The position numbers were made by a program, and so were the translations under genes. Shown here in pieces: positions 25,590-37,793 of a stretch of DNA of 64,000 nucleotides. Source of the stretch: Antedon mediterranea. Taxonomy: Eukaryota > Animalia > Echinodermata. How positions within the stretch are numbered: the stretch's first letter is position 1; the number at the start of each line of letters is the position of its first letter. The DNA is taken from NCBI RefSeq assembly GCF_964355755.1, contig NC_092673.1, positions 8,804,001-8,868,000 of the forward strand, given 5' to 3'. The notes beneath the pieces are model-generated. The model searched no databases. It saw only the letters and a list, made by a program, of their open reading frames with translations, and had not been told where the DNA came from.

Positions 25590-27040
25590 ATTGCGTTGAA
25601 GTGGAAGATAACATATTCACTCTAAAAAGTATATTATGTTGCCGATCAAATGTAGACAAAACTGCACATCTAGCCTTCCTGGATTTCGTAGCTTTTGATA
25701 TAGTGTTTGGTGTGATGGTATTTTAACGGCTGGGACGCAGGTGTAAGAGGGAAAATTTGGAGGCTTATTAGCTCTCTCTATGATGATGTTAAAGGTAAAG
25801 TTAGAATAGGAGGAAGTATGACATTAAAATTATGAATTTAATACTTATAAAGGTGTAAAGCAAGGGTGTGACTGTGCTCTCACCAATTTTATTCTCAATT
25901 GTCATACTTGAATTTGTAATCCTCTTCGTGATAGTAACTTTGGTAGTGTTGATGATGTTTTATTTTATATAGCTAATGATGAAAAGGAAATAACAATAGA
26001 TTTGCTAACGAATTGAAATTCGGTTTCAATCACGACAAATTCAATGTTATGGTTGTAATAAATATTGGAGGCTTAAGGGAAAGACAAAGAGGTAAATATG
26101 ATTGAAAATGTTCATCTGGTTTGTAGGTATAAGTATATTGAAAATATTCTTTTTTCCAAACCAATAATTAGTTAGTTTTTACTAATTATTGGTTTGGAAA
26201 AAAGAATAGTTTTTACTAATTATTGGTTTGGAAAAAAGAATATTTTCAATATAAAGAGGTAAATAGTTACAAATATATGGGCGTTTATATCAAATTTAAG
26301 AGGTCACACACATAACGAACATGTCAAACAGAAAGGGTACCGATTAATAGCTTACATTAAGGTGGCCAAAGATTGTCTTAAATTGTATGATACAAACTGA
26401 TTGTAGCTTTAATAACTTAAATTAAAAATCTTAGGTGTTGATACACTTGACAAACGTACAAATGATGTGAACTCATAATGATAATGTATTCATCAAAATC
26501 ATATAGATCAGAGTCAACAATTTACTACAAAAAAACTTAAACGTTTATTCTAAATTAAAACCTGAACCAAAATTAGAAAATATCTTCTTGACAAACCAAT
26601 TTTTATGGTGCCAGTTTAAATTTTAAGGCAAGATTAAACACTTACTTTGAAGATATTAAACATTTTGTTTTGAACTGTAACTTTTGACAACATTAGAAAA
26701 GAAGAATTAAGACACCTAGAAAATGATTTGACCCTCTGTAATGATTACGACATATAGGGCTATTATTTGTAGATGGAAATGATGAAAACAAATTAAGTGT
26801 TATCTTAAAAGGAGAGCCCGTCCCTCTTTCTAATAAATCATAGGCCTACAAACTATTTGATAAAAGTTCTGCAGGGGAGAAACGGTCCTCTTTAAAGTAC
26901 TGTACTCTCAATGATCGATTTATTGTATAGTTGTTTGTAGGCCTAAATTGTTCTGTTATGGTTTGTTTCTTAGACCGCACAATATATTGTGAATGCCACC
27001 GATAAAACTGGTGGACGGTCAAGAAATAAATAAATAAATA
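25590..27040 (+). mobile_element. Heavily decayed LINE RT remnant with (AAAT)n tail
   Basis: Remnants of FLD..AFD and GVKQGC.LSP.LF motifs at 25676-25895; tail at 27023-27040. Confidence 0.6.
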
Positions 27041-27736
27041 GACACTTTTTTAAGCGGTCTTGTCGATCGACTGGATCGGAATCAGTATTGAGGTTTTCAA
27101 ACGGATTTTTTTCAGTAGTGGCATTTCTAATAAATGAGCTTTTTAACCATTTTTCTTGCCCAGAGAAATATGTTTTTATTTTCCATTCTAGAAATAAATA
27201 TTACATTATGCTTGTCGCCTATCCACTTGGTTAGACAGAAATATCTCATTTTTAAAACATGTAGACATTTTCGATAATTAATCCCACTTCTCTTTCTGTC
27301 TCACTCTCTTCCGAATAGGCCTACACTAATAATAATGATTACTTAATCGATTGAAGTTGTTAAACTTTAATACGGCTGTATAATGTTTACAGTTTATATT
27401 ATTACAACTATTTGGACCAACGGATGGATCGACATACACTTCCTGCTTTTAAGTACGCTTCACTGGATCGTACATTGGTGGTCTGATCAGGGAGAGGTAA
27501 CATCTCCCTGGTATGATCTATGATGCAAGTAGGCCTATAATACTGTACAATATTTAGTACTACAGGTAAGTCTACACGTATTTGTTTTTGGGGTTTTTTT
27601 GCCAACTTAAATCTTTCCCATTGAAAATTATAAACTAGGCTAACTAGAAAACAGAGATATCCTAGTTTTTTAAATCTTAAAAACTATGTTAGTTTTCTAA
27701 ATCCGATGGGTGCGTGTCTAGTCATAGAGATATTAT

Positions 27737-28969
27737 CAAGTCAAGTCAAGTCAAGTATCATTTATTATCATTTGTTTTAGGAAAAACATAGAAATTCTGT
27801 TTGCTCTGTTGGCGGAGCACAATATCCAACGGACACAACACGAACTCAAAAAACAAGAACATTACAAAAAAAAGTCTACATCATATTTAAGGCTCTAATA
27901 GATCCTGGAAAGAAACTATTTGTAAATCGTGCCTTATTGGCCTTAATAGAACGAAATCGCCGACCGCTGCGCATCAACTGGAACATACTAGAGGCCGGAT
28001 GAAAATGATCATCTTTGATAGCCACTGCCTTTTTCAGAAGACGATCCGAAAATATGTTCTCCAAAGGCAGTTGTGTAGATCCAATTATACGCGATGCGGT
28101 CTTGACTATTCTATTTAGGTCACGCTTTTCATTTTCGGTAGCGCTACCGAACCATACCGTTAAAGAATACGTTATTACACTCTCTATAACTGACCTATAG
28201 AAGGACGACATTATTACAGAGTTTATACCAAATGATTTAAGTCTACGTAGGAAGTAGATTCTTCTTTGGGCCTTTCTAATAATGTTACGTGTGTTAATAT
28301 GCCACTTCAGATCATTTGAAATATAAATACCCAAGAATTTAAATTCTTCTACAAACTCAACTGATATACCATTAATAAATATTGGATATTTGACATTAAG
28401 TGATTTACGGAAATCAACAACCATTTCTTTAGTCTTAGATACATTCAAGAACAGATTGTTTTCGTTACACCAGTCTACAACTCGTTTAACTTGGTTGCGA
28501 TAATTAGACTCATCACTGTCATCATTGATTAGACCTACAATGGTAGTATCATCCGCAAATTTAGCGATGTGACAGTTACTGTAGTAGGTAACACAGTCAT
28601 AAGTAAATAAAGTAAAAAGAAAGGGCGACAGTACACAGCCCTGTGGTACACCTGTATTTATAATACGCTTATCTGATATAGTGGTACCCACTTTAGTACG
28701 TTGGGGTCGATCAGTTAAAAAGTTTAACACCCAGTTACATATAGAAATATCGAAACCGATTTCAACCATCTTAGTGTGTAACTTATACGGTACAATCGTA
28801 TTAAATGCTGAACTAAAATCTATATATAAAATCCTAGCATATCTTTTATCACGTTCGAGATGCTCTAAGATCCTATGCAAAGTGATCAATACAGCATCTT
28901 CGGTAGACCGGTTTGGTCTATAGGCGAACTGATATTGGTCAAGATCTCGAGGACACTTGGCCTTTAGGT
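27737..28969 (-). mobile_element. 5'-truncated Rex1/Babar LINE with an open RT C-terminal half (ORF 27876-28889)
   Basis: YARILYIDFSSAFNTI, TGVPQGCVLSPFLFTLFTYDC, KFADDTTIVGL; tail (GACTT)n at 27737-27756. Confidence 0.93.
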
Positions 28970-29088
28970 AATTAATTAATTATATTCACTATAATATCTC
29001 TATGGTCTAGTCTAGTAGAAAAAATTCCAAAAATATCAGAAGTTTGCTTTCCGTACACTATATTAAAGTATCATAACATACATATAAC

Positions 29089-29590
29089 ATTGACGTAACA
29101 GTTTTAAAGATATATTGTCCCTCTGAAAAATATTTTTTATTTCAAATTTGTTTTTGAATGTGTCATAATAGTTATTTTACCTGAAAAAATGTAATTGAAA
29201 GCAAAAGATACTTAAATTGTCTGTCAGACAATGGTTTTTGAGTTAATTAAATAATTAAATGTTTCTTTTCTCTTTTTGTATGTGAATTTTGTTACAGAAG
29301 TGAATAACTAACGATGAAACACAGACTCAATTTAGTTTATTTTATTGCTAAGGTCAAGTCTGGGGGTCACTTCATCACGCCTTGATACTTCAATCATGGA
29401 CTGTTTTGATAATAATTCAATGATTATCTGACAACAAATTACAGTAGCCTACAGTATCATATAATATCATGAGACTCATAAATACCAGAAATGCTTTGGG
29501 ATTTGTCGTTCAACTGCTCAGTGCTTTCTTTCATCTAATAAATCAGTCATCTCTTGTGACGTAGCGGGCTAGAGCAGCAGCGTGAAAATC
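29089..29590 (+). repeat. ~500-bp dispersed direct repeat, copy 1 (copy 2 at 41738-42795)
   Basis: Collinear shared blocks ATTGACGTAACAGTTTTAAAGATAT..TAAGGTCAAGTCTGGGGTCACTTCATCACGCC..TCTCTTGTGACGTAGCGG.CTAGAGCAGCAGCGTGAAAA. Confidence 0.85.
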
Positions 29591-30056
29591 ATACCAAAAA
29601 TATAAGAATATAAATTATTTTGAGTCCAAAAATATTTTAAAATAGACCTAGGCCTATACGATACAAATCTTTTTACTTCAACAATTTTAAAATTATATAA
29701 GACTAAAGAGATAACCGGAATTAGAACATACTTTTTATTTATTTGTTATACAATTTATCATTTACTGTTGTAATCTATTTAAAAAGAAAAAGAAGAAACA
29801 TTTAAAAGAACTAAAATACGATAGTGTGTTTGTTATACCTGGTGTAATAGTTATAGATTTTGGGATGAAACGACTTGTTGCAACGGCTAGTAGGCTCGAG
29901 GCCTACGGGTGTATGCGACCTAAGACGAAGTAAAGAGGAAGGAAACTGTATTCATTAAATACTATAAGGATGAGTGGGTTGGGACATAATACGATTTACC
30001 ATGGTTAGAACATCATTTTCATATTTATACTTAATATCACCTACATTTAATGTTGT

Positions 30057-30874
30057 TGCTATGCGCGATTTGAACGATTTGCGCAATTTGAAATTGCGCA
30101 AGTATTTTTTTGCGCAATTTTAAATTGCGCAAAAAATTCCTTGCGCAATTTGAATTGAAACATGTGTTTCAAATTGCGCAAGCAACGTATTAAATTGCGC
30201 AAGTAATCTGCAAATTGCGCAAGGTTTTACGACAGATTATGAAATCATGCACGCCCATATTTTTATAGTAATTTCTAAGAATGATTCAAAATTAAAGATA
30301 ATATCGCATTTCCTTATCCTCCCGGGAGCCTCCCTCTCGAATTTTCATTCAATTTTCCGAATAAAAAAAATCTCGAATTCCCAATGGTTCTATAAAATAC
30401 CATATTCACACATAATATGAGGAGAAGGCATAATAAATACCAATAGTAATATAATAATTTCAATTGAAATATCAGTACTAATGACGATTAATAATACTAA
30501 TAACGATTGGATTTTTTTAGAAACAATAATTATTCCGAATTATTAGACGTTTACTATTTAACTTAAAAATTAAATTTAATAACAAAGAAGATCGACCTTT
30601 CGGAACCATTCTCAACAACAAATGAGTACAATAATAAAAATAAACAAACAGTTCGTTTTCAAATTGCGCAAAGGTGTCATATTGCGCAAGAACTATCTTG
30701 CGCAATTTACAAATTGTGCAGCGCAATTTAAAATTGCGCTGCACAATTTGTAAATTGCGCAAGGATTTTTGTGCGCAATTTGAAATTGCGCAAGTTGATT
30801 GCGCAATTTAATATTGCGCAAGAAAATTCTTGCGCAATTTCAAATTGCGCAAATCGTTCAAATCGCGCATAACA
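30057..30874. mobile_element. Ginger-like MITE with AAATTGCGCA subterminal repeats
   Basis: TIR TG(C/T)TATGCGCGATTTGAACGATTTGCGCAATTTGAAATTGCGCAAG; TG..CA ends; 4-bp TSD TTGT (30053-56 / 30875-78). Confidence 0.8.
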
Positions 30875-31144
30875 TTGTCATCTTACTCGCTCTACGTGTG
30901 ATTCTACCAAGTAAACCTAATTATCCTTAGCACTTAGCTTTCGCCCCAAACAATCGAGCAAAATATAGGGCCTTTAATAATTTATGTGTGTATGTGTATG
31001 TATATAATACGGAACTTTCGAGCTTTGCTCGACGCGATTATGAGACCTTGTTCCGACTATCAGCACTGTTTTTATAATTGACAGTATGATGATTTATATA
31101 TATATGTATATATGTATGTATATATAATGTATGTATGTATATGT

Positions 31145-32090
31145 ATATTATACAGATATTGACTGCTTAGAGGTTAAATATAAGATTTGACATCCCCGAG
31201 GGAATGATATTAAGTTCGAGGGAATATATATTTCCCGAAGCGCCAGCTGAGGGAAATATATATTCCCCGAGAACTTAATATCATTCCCGAGGGGATGTCA
31301 AATCTTATATTTAACCGATATAAAAGGCAATATCTGTTATATTATATAGCCAAGAACAAGTCTGCTGGGTTGGGTGAAGCTAGGCTAGGCCTCCTATAGT
31401 ATTTGTATTGTATTTAAAACAAGCCTGCCTAGACACCTTACCTTGCGAAGAATAATATACAGATAATTACTAATTAATGATTCCTTGGCAATAAAATATT
31501 CACTTAGGCCTAGGTCGTTTAAATTAACAGAAGAATTTCCATCAATAAGCCTATTAATAATAATATTATAATCAGATAGGCCGAATAAACAAGTCGTCTT
31601 CTTCTCGATCTTCGAGGAGCCGAATCACCGGATGTTCAGCGCGTACTAGTTACTAGGTTACTACCGTGAGTATTGACCAATCACAAACGGTGTTTCATCA
31701 CATTTAGGGTGGACTTATAACAAATGAGGGCGCTATGTATGCATAGCTTAAATAGTTTAGAAGATTAATTTCTTCAAGCAAATTCTGTGGCCCAGCGGAT
31801 GAAACGTTGTCTTGCGATGGAGTGACAATTCCACCCGAGTTCAAGATCGAGTAGATGACTTTTGTTTATTTATCGGCAAACTCGAGTGTTGCACACGAAA
31901 ATTACACAGTCAATATCATCGTACTCGAGAATTTATATGATTAATGACAGGGGACACGATTATTACGCGAAAATTACACAGTCAATATCATCGTTCTCGA
32001 GGATATATACGATTTACGATCCTCGCAGCGGTAGTCATGTGATGCAGTTTCAACCAATCACGTTCGCGTATTTACATAGGCTATGTAATA
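31145..32090. mobile_element. Crypton-like non-autonomous element with a terminal ~200-bp hairpin, flanked by (TA)n/(TATG)n
   Basis: Stem GGTTAAATATAAGATTTGACATCCCC..GGGGATGTCAAATCTTATATTTAACC with CGAAGCGCCAGCTGAGG loop; ATATTATATAGCC mirrored by GGCTATGTAATAT at ~32080; class is an inference. Confidence 0.55.
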
Positions 32091-32267
32091 TATATATATA
32101 TATATATATGTATATGTGTGTGTTTATATGTATGTATGTTACAACTGACTAACTTTATCAATTGATTCATAGTTATACATAAAGAGACTCTGTTTTGAGC
32201 AGTTTAAAATTACATTTTACGCTTAAGCACGTTACTTACTATACCTCAATTTTTCTAAACTCTTAAT

Positions 32268-35200
32268 TTGTATTTGTTCTGTGTTTTGTCTGTGTTTTTT
32301 GTGTTTTTGTCTTATATGGAAGCACCAACTTTCAGTAACAATGATAATTTAAATCGATTATCAAACCATCTATTTAAACCCTCATCAACTGCTAGTCAAT
32401 TTGACGACATCGACCCGGACAATAATTTTTTTAATGATCAAAATATTTCTAATTACTATTTACCAAATGAATTCACAAAGAAATTCAATAACAATGAATT
32501 TGAAAATCGTTTCTCTTGTATACATTTTAATGCTAGAAGCTTACAAAAAAACTTTGAATCTATTTCAAGTTGCATTCAATCTCTTAATTTTGACTTTGAT
32601 GTCATTTCGGTAACTGAAACTTGGATGGACTGTGTTAGTCCACTTATTCATTTACCATTTTATTCACTAGTTTTCAAACCCCGTTCATATAAATGCGGAG
32701 GTATCAATATTTTTATCAATAATAAGTGTCATTATAAAATTAGAGATGACTTAACTCCTTTAACCTATTTTTGTGAATCTCAGTTTATTGAAGTTAAAAC
32801 CGGAAAAGAAGATATAATAATCGGAACTATATATAGACCCCATGATATTTCTATTCCTTTCTTTACGCAGAACTTTGAACTCCTTATTAAAAACTTAACG
32901 AAAGAAAATAAAAAAATATTTATCCTCGGTGATTTTAACATTGACTTACTCAAATTTGAATCTGATAACAATATTAATGATTTTGTTCATTGTCTTTTCA
33001 ACAATTCTCTCATTTCGCTTATTCATAGACCGACACGCATCACCGAACATTCCGCTACCCTAATTGACAACATTTTCACTAATGATCTTGAATCGTCTGT
33101 TAGTGGTATCATTATTAATGATGCTACAGATCATCTTCCTGTTTTTAACATCAGTTCAAATAAACCGAGTAAGCGAGTAATCAATACCAATCTTAAATTT
33201 AGAAATACTAGTGAACACAATATCCTTAATTTTCGTAATGATTTATCAATTTTTCCATGGAATGATGTCGTGAGTACGCAAGACACAAATCTGGCATATG
33301 ACACATTTATTAATAATTTTACCACCTTATATAATAAACACTTTCCTTTAATTGAACCATCCAAAGCTAAAGTTAAACTTAAACCATGGATGACCGATGG
33401 ACTTTTGACCTCGATTTTGTACAAACAGAAACTTTATTCTAAAAGTCTACGCCATCCAACACTTTCTAATATATCCAAATATAAGCGTTATCGAAATAAA
33501 TTAAACAACGTTTTAAAAACTGCTAAATTGGATTACTTTTGTGAAACTTTTACTAAGCTTAAGTTCAATATCAAGGCCACCTGGCGTGTCATCAATTCTC
33601 TTCTTAAGTCAAATAAAAATGCACCTGCCGATATTGAACTTTTAGCTGATGGAAAATTAATAAAAGAACCTTTAATAGTAGCAAATCTATTCAATGACCA
33701 CTTTACAAATATTGGACCCAACCTTGCTGGAAAAATAAACAATAACTCTGATAAAACTTTTCATCACTTCTTACATCCCCCTATTCCTAACTCAATTTTT
33801 CTTTCACCTGTAACCGAACAAGAAGTGCACAAAATCACAAATTCATTTAAAAGCAACAAGGCCTCTGGCATCGATGACATTTGTGCTAAAGTTATTAAAA
33901 AATCCATTGACACTATTCTCTCTCCTCTCACTTACATTTTTAATTTATCTCTTACATCTGGTGTTTTTCCCAACTCCCTAAAAATTGGTAAAGTTATTCC
34001 AATTTTCAAGAAAGGTAGCAAGTCCGATCCAAATAACTATCGTCCAATCTCCATCCTTCCCTTTTTTTCAAAGATTCTTGAAAAGATTATTTATAACCGC
34101 GTCTATGATTTTATAAGCAAGCACAATATTCTTTATAATAAACAATTCGGATTTAGGAAAAACTATTCTACGTCTTTTGCGCTAATTGATTTAACCAACA
34201 ACATTATTGATGCAATTCAAAACAATTCTTTTCCCTCTGGCTTGTTTATTGACCTGTCGAAAGCTTTTGATACTATTGACCATCATATTCTGATTACTAA
34301 ACTTTCAAATTATGGTATCCGTGGTGTTGCTCTTAAACTTTTAAACAATTACTTATCAAATAGATTTCAATGTACTTCTGTTAACAATCATACCTCTGAT
34401 CTTAAGCCCATTACCTGTGGTGTTCCCCAAGGGTCCTTGCTTGGCCCTCTTTTATTTCTAATTTACATCAATGATTTACCAAACGCCTCAGATATCCTTA
34501 CCTTTTATCTTTATGCAGATGACACGACTTTATTTTTTAAAAGTGTTAACTTTCAATCAATTTTTCATACTTTTAACCAAGAATTAATTAATATTAACGA
34601 TTATTTTAATGTGAATAAACTTTCAATAAACCTAAGTAAATGCAACTTTATGTTGTTTGGAATACGTCATCAAAAACTGACCGACGAGTCTCATAAAATT
34701 CTGATTGGTGATCAAGTAATTCCCCATGTTAAGCAAACCAAATTTCTAGGTGTTTTAATTGACCAAGAGCTAAATTTTAAAAATCATATAAAAGAAATTG
34801 AATTAAAAATTTCTAAAAACATTGGCATACTTTATCGTCTGTCTTCCTTTTTACCGTCTCAAATTTTACGCAATATTTACTGTTCCTTTATTCTGCCTTT
34901 TATTAGTTACTGTAACATTGTATGGGCCAATAATTACCCTTCAAATCTTAATAAAATACACGTCATTCAAAAGAAAGCTGTTCGTCTTATCTCGGGTAAC
35001 TCACGTCTTGCTCATCCTTTTTTATAACCTTAAACTCTTAACTGTGCACGATATTAATAAACTCCAACAATGCATTTTCGTTTATGAACATATTAATTCC
35101 AAACTGCCTTCTAACTTTTCCTGTAATTTTTTAACTAACTCTGAAATCCATTCGTATAACACAAGAGCATCACGGGACCTTCATCTTCCTCAACCTAAAC

Positions 35201-35337
35201 TAACTAAAATGAAACATAACATTCGCTATAGTGGTTCTAAACTATTCAATAATCTACTTCCCGAAATTTCATCATCGTCTTCTAGCAAAATGTTCTCTTT
35301 TAAACTTAAAGAATATCTTATTTCAAATTATAACTAA
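32268..35337 (+). pseudogene. LINE ORF2 (APE endonuclease + reverse transcriptase), frameshift near 35020
   Basis: HFNARSL, VTETW, IYRP, ILGDFNIDLL, TLIDNIF, TDHLPVF; NYRPISIL, FIDLSKAFDT, GVPQGSLLGPLLFLIYINDL, YADDT; C-terminus continues in frame 34822-35337. Confidence 0.93.
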
Positions 35338-35730
35338 TTGTTTTCTCTATTTTGTAATATTTTTTTAACTTTAGAAACTTTTTCGAAATTGCTTCCTTTA
35401 CTGTTGGTGTGTGTGTGTGTGTCTGTTGATCTATATGTGTTTGTGTATTTATATGTTTACATTTATATATATAAGTATATAATCTTCTTACATGGCTTCC
35501 CAACATACAAGTTTCAATTGGATTTTTTTTTTTTCCAATTGATCGATACTTTCTTGGGTTTTTTTGCCTCTTTCATTTTGTATATAACTGAATCATCTTT
35601 TTATACATTATGATTTACTGTATTATATCTCTAAAAAAAAAATATTTATTTATAAAATATCAGAAATTATAATGTTTTTTTTACTCAAATATGAATGAAA
35701 GAAATAAATGTTTATTTGAATTGAATTGAA
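32268..35730 (+). mobile_element. CR1/L2-group (Crack-like) LINE lacking ORF1, with near-intact ORF2
   Basis: APE endonuclease and RT motifs, frameshifted C-terminus, 3' UTR with (TG)n, (TTGAA)n tail at 35715-35730. Confidence 0.93.
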
Positions 35731-36619
35731 TACTATATATAGATATCATATAGAGGAGTAATACATTTCAGGAATGTTTGTGTTAAGCTTAACTTCCATT
35801 TCAGCCAGGCCTTAAACTAGAACAAACCCTGGTTAGTGACGAGGGCGTATCCCCATACTTCGGTTTGGATTTAGCTTCGCAATGTACATTAAATTGTTAT
35901 TCTATCACATATTTCATGTAAATCTTGAAAGCAATATTATGTTAAGAATGCCTTTATTTATCAATGTAAAACTATACAATTTTATCAAAGTATATTAAAC
36001 CACAATCTTATAATACAATAGGCCTATATCATTTTATCAATATTATACCGAATCTCAATTTGTATTAATGACTGTAAATGTGTGTACCATTTTAGCTCTG
36101 TAATAAACATTTTCTCTGTAGACTTATTATATCAAAACATTTTCTATCATCTTTTAACCTCAGACTGTGTAAAACCATTTAAATATCCATCCATTGTTTA
36201 TCATGTATGCAATAAAAGTGGGCTGCCCTCACAAAAAAAAAGAAAAAAAGGAATTCTATCGTAGTTCCTAAGTACATTCTGAAACAATTTTAATTTAATA
36301 GTTATCAATTAAAAAAATTAAAAAGCTACCATGCCTTTTATTCTTCCTAAAGTCTATAATCATTTCACATGTTGTTTTTTTTTTTTTGGTATTTTATACC
36401 AAGAAATGGTCCTTGGTAAAACGCGATACTTCATTTCGATACTCATTAAGTGAGTTATCATCACTAATCAATCAATCAATCAAACAAACAAGCGCAGTAT
36501 CATCTACATAGACTACGCCAAGCAGGATTCATACACAGGCCAAAACTCGTATCAAAATTGTATTTTTGTTTTCAAAAGTCAATACGAATTTTTCGGGAGG
36601 TAATTTATCATACAAAAAT

Positions 36620-37162
36620 CTAATTTTTAGTAAAATAAAAGTGGCCGCGGCCGTTTACCAAATGCACTAATTAGATAGGATGAACAAACGGGCATACTTC
36701 GCGCTCTTCGATAAAAACTTTTCCCCTCGTGACCTGCCGTCATAATTTAAACGCCTGTGATTGGTCAATACCCAACAAACGAGTCGTCCCGTCGGGTGAA
36801 AATTAACGACCTAAAACTACCCCCGACGCTATCTCACGACGACCCGTCTCGTCTGGATTCAACTCAGACAGCACGGACGAGTCAAGTCCAGACAAGACGT
36901 CTCGTCGGGCCTCGTCGTACGACGCTGTCTGAGTCTGAGTTGGCCTTCAAGCTTGGTTCTCACTAGAACGTAACGCAATGACGTAAACGCAACGCAAGCG
37001 TTTTAACCAATGACAAGCGAAGTTATAGACAGTTAGCAATCACAAGCGAATAATTTATCGCTTGTGATTGGTCAATTCATTTGCGTTGCGTTACGTCCTT
37101 GCGTTGCGTCGCTAGTAGGAACCAAGCTTTAGGGAGGTGGCCGCTTAGGGAGGTGGCTGCTC
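36620..37162. mobile_element. Nested MITE cluster: Tc1/pogo-like MITE right half interrupted by Harbinger-like palindromic MITEs (one at 36949-37129)
   Basis: 36620-36705 and 37131-37162 match the 52540-53090 element; AAGCTTGGTTC..GAACCAAGCTT palindrome between them. Confidence 0.65.
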
Positions 37163-37793
37163 ACGGAGGTTCATCAACTGTATGTACATTCTGAACAAAT
37201 CTTTGAAAAAATCAACTCTAGCATTAGCGGTTTTTGAGATATGGCAACTCTGTCATTTCATTCAATAAATCGCAAGTCACAAGTTATTTAACAGATGTTC
37301 AATTTATTCATTTATCATTTATTCAGAAATATAAATATTTACATTGTAAACATGGATTTTACAGAGACAATTAAAATTGTCTGCAGGGTTTGATTTTTAT
37401 ATTTATTTTGTGTGTGTGTTACCGCTGCGTCGGTCCTGTTTTTGGTACCATGAAATATGAAATTAATAAAAAAAAATTAAAAAAATTGTCTGTAGTCGTA
37501 AAACCCTTTAGAAAAGACAAATATTATCACAAACAAAAAAAAACTTGAAGAAAATGGTTTTATAGGTAGGCCTACAAGTTGGAAAAAAAATTTGCATATT
37601 TAACTAATTATTTGCATGTCTTCGGGATGAATGCCAGAGGTGTGATCTCCTCATCATATTATATGACTATTTAAAAAAGAAAAATATCTGTTTTGATTTT
37701 GTTTCACTCAAAATGCTAGATTGCCTAGCCTAAATTGACGGTAACTAGTTTTAATATTATTATTTACTTTTTTTATTCAAAAAGGTCAATAAG

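Noticed and set aside
27876-35337. RT ORFs as retron, DGR or other prokaryotic RT systems
   Set aside because: Motifs, APE domain and microsatellite tails identify ordinary non-LTR retrotransposons
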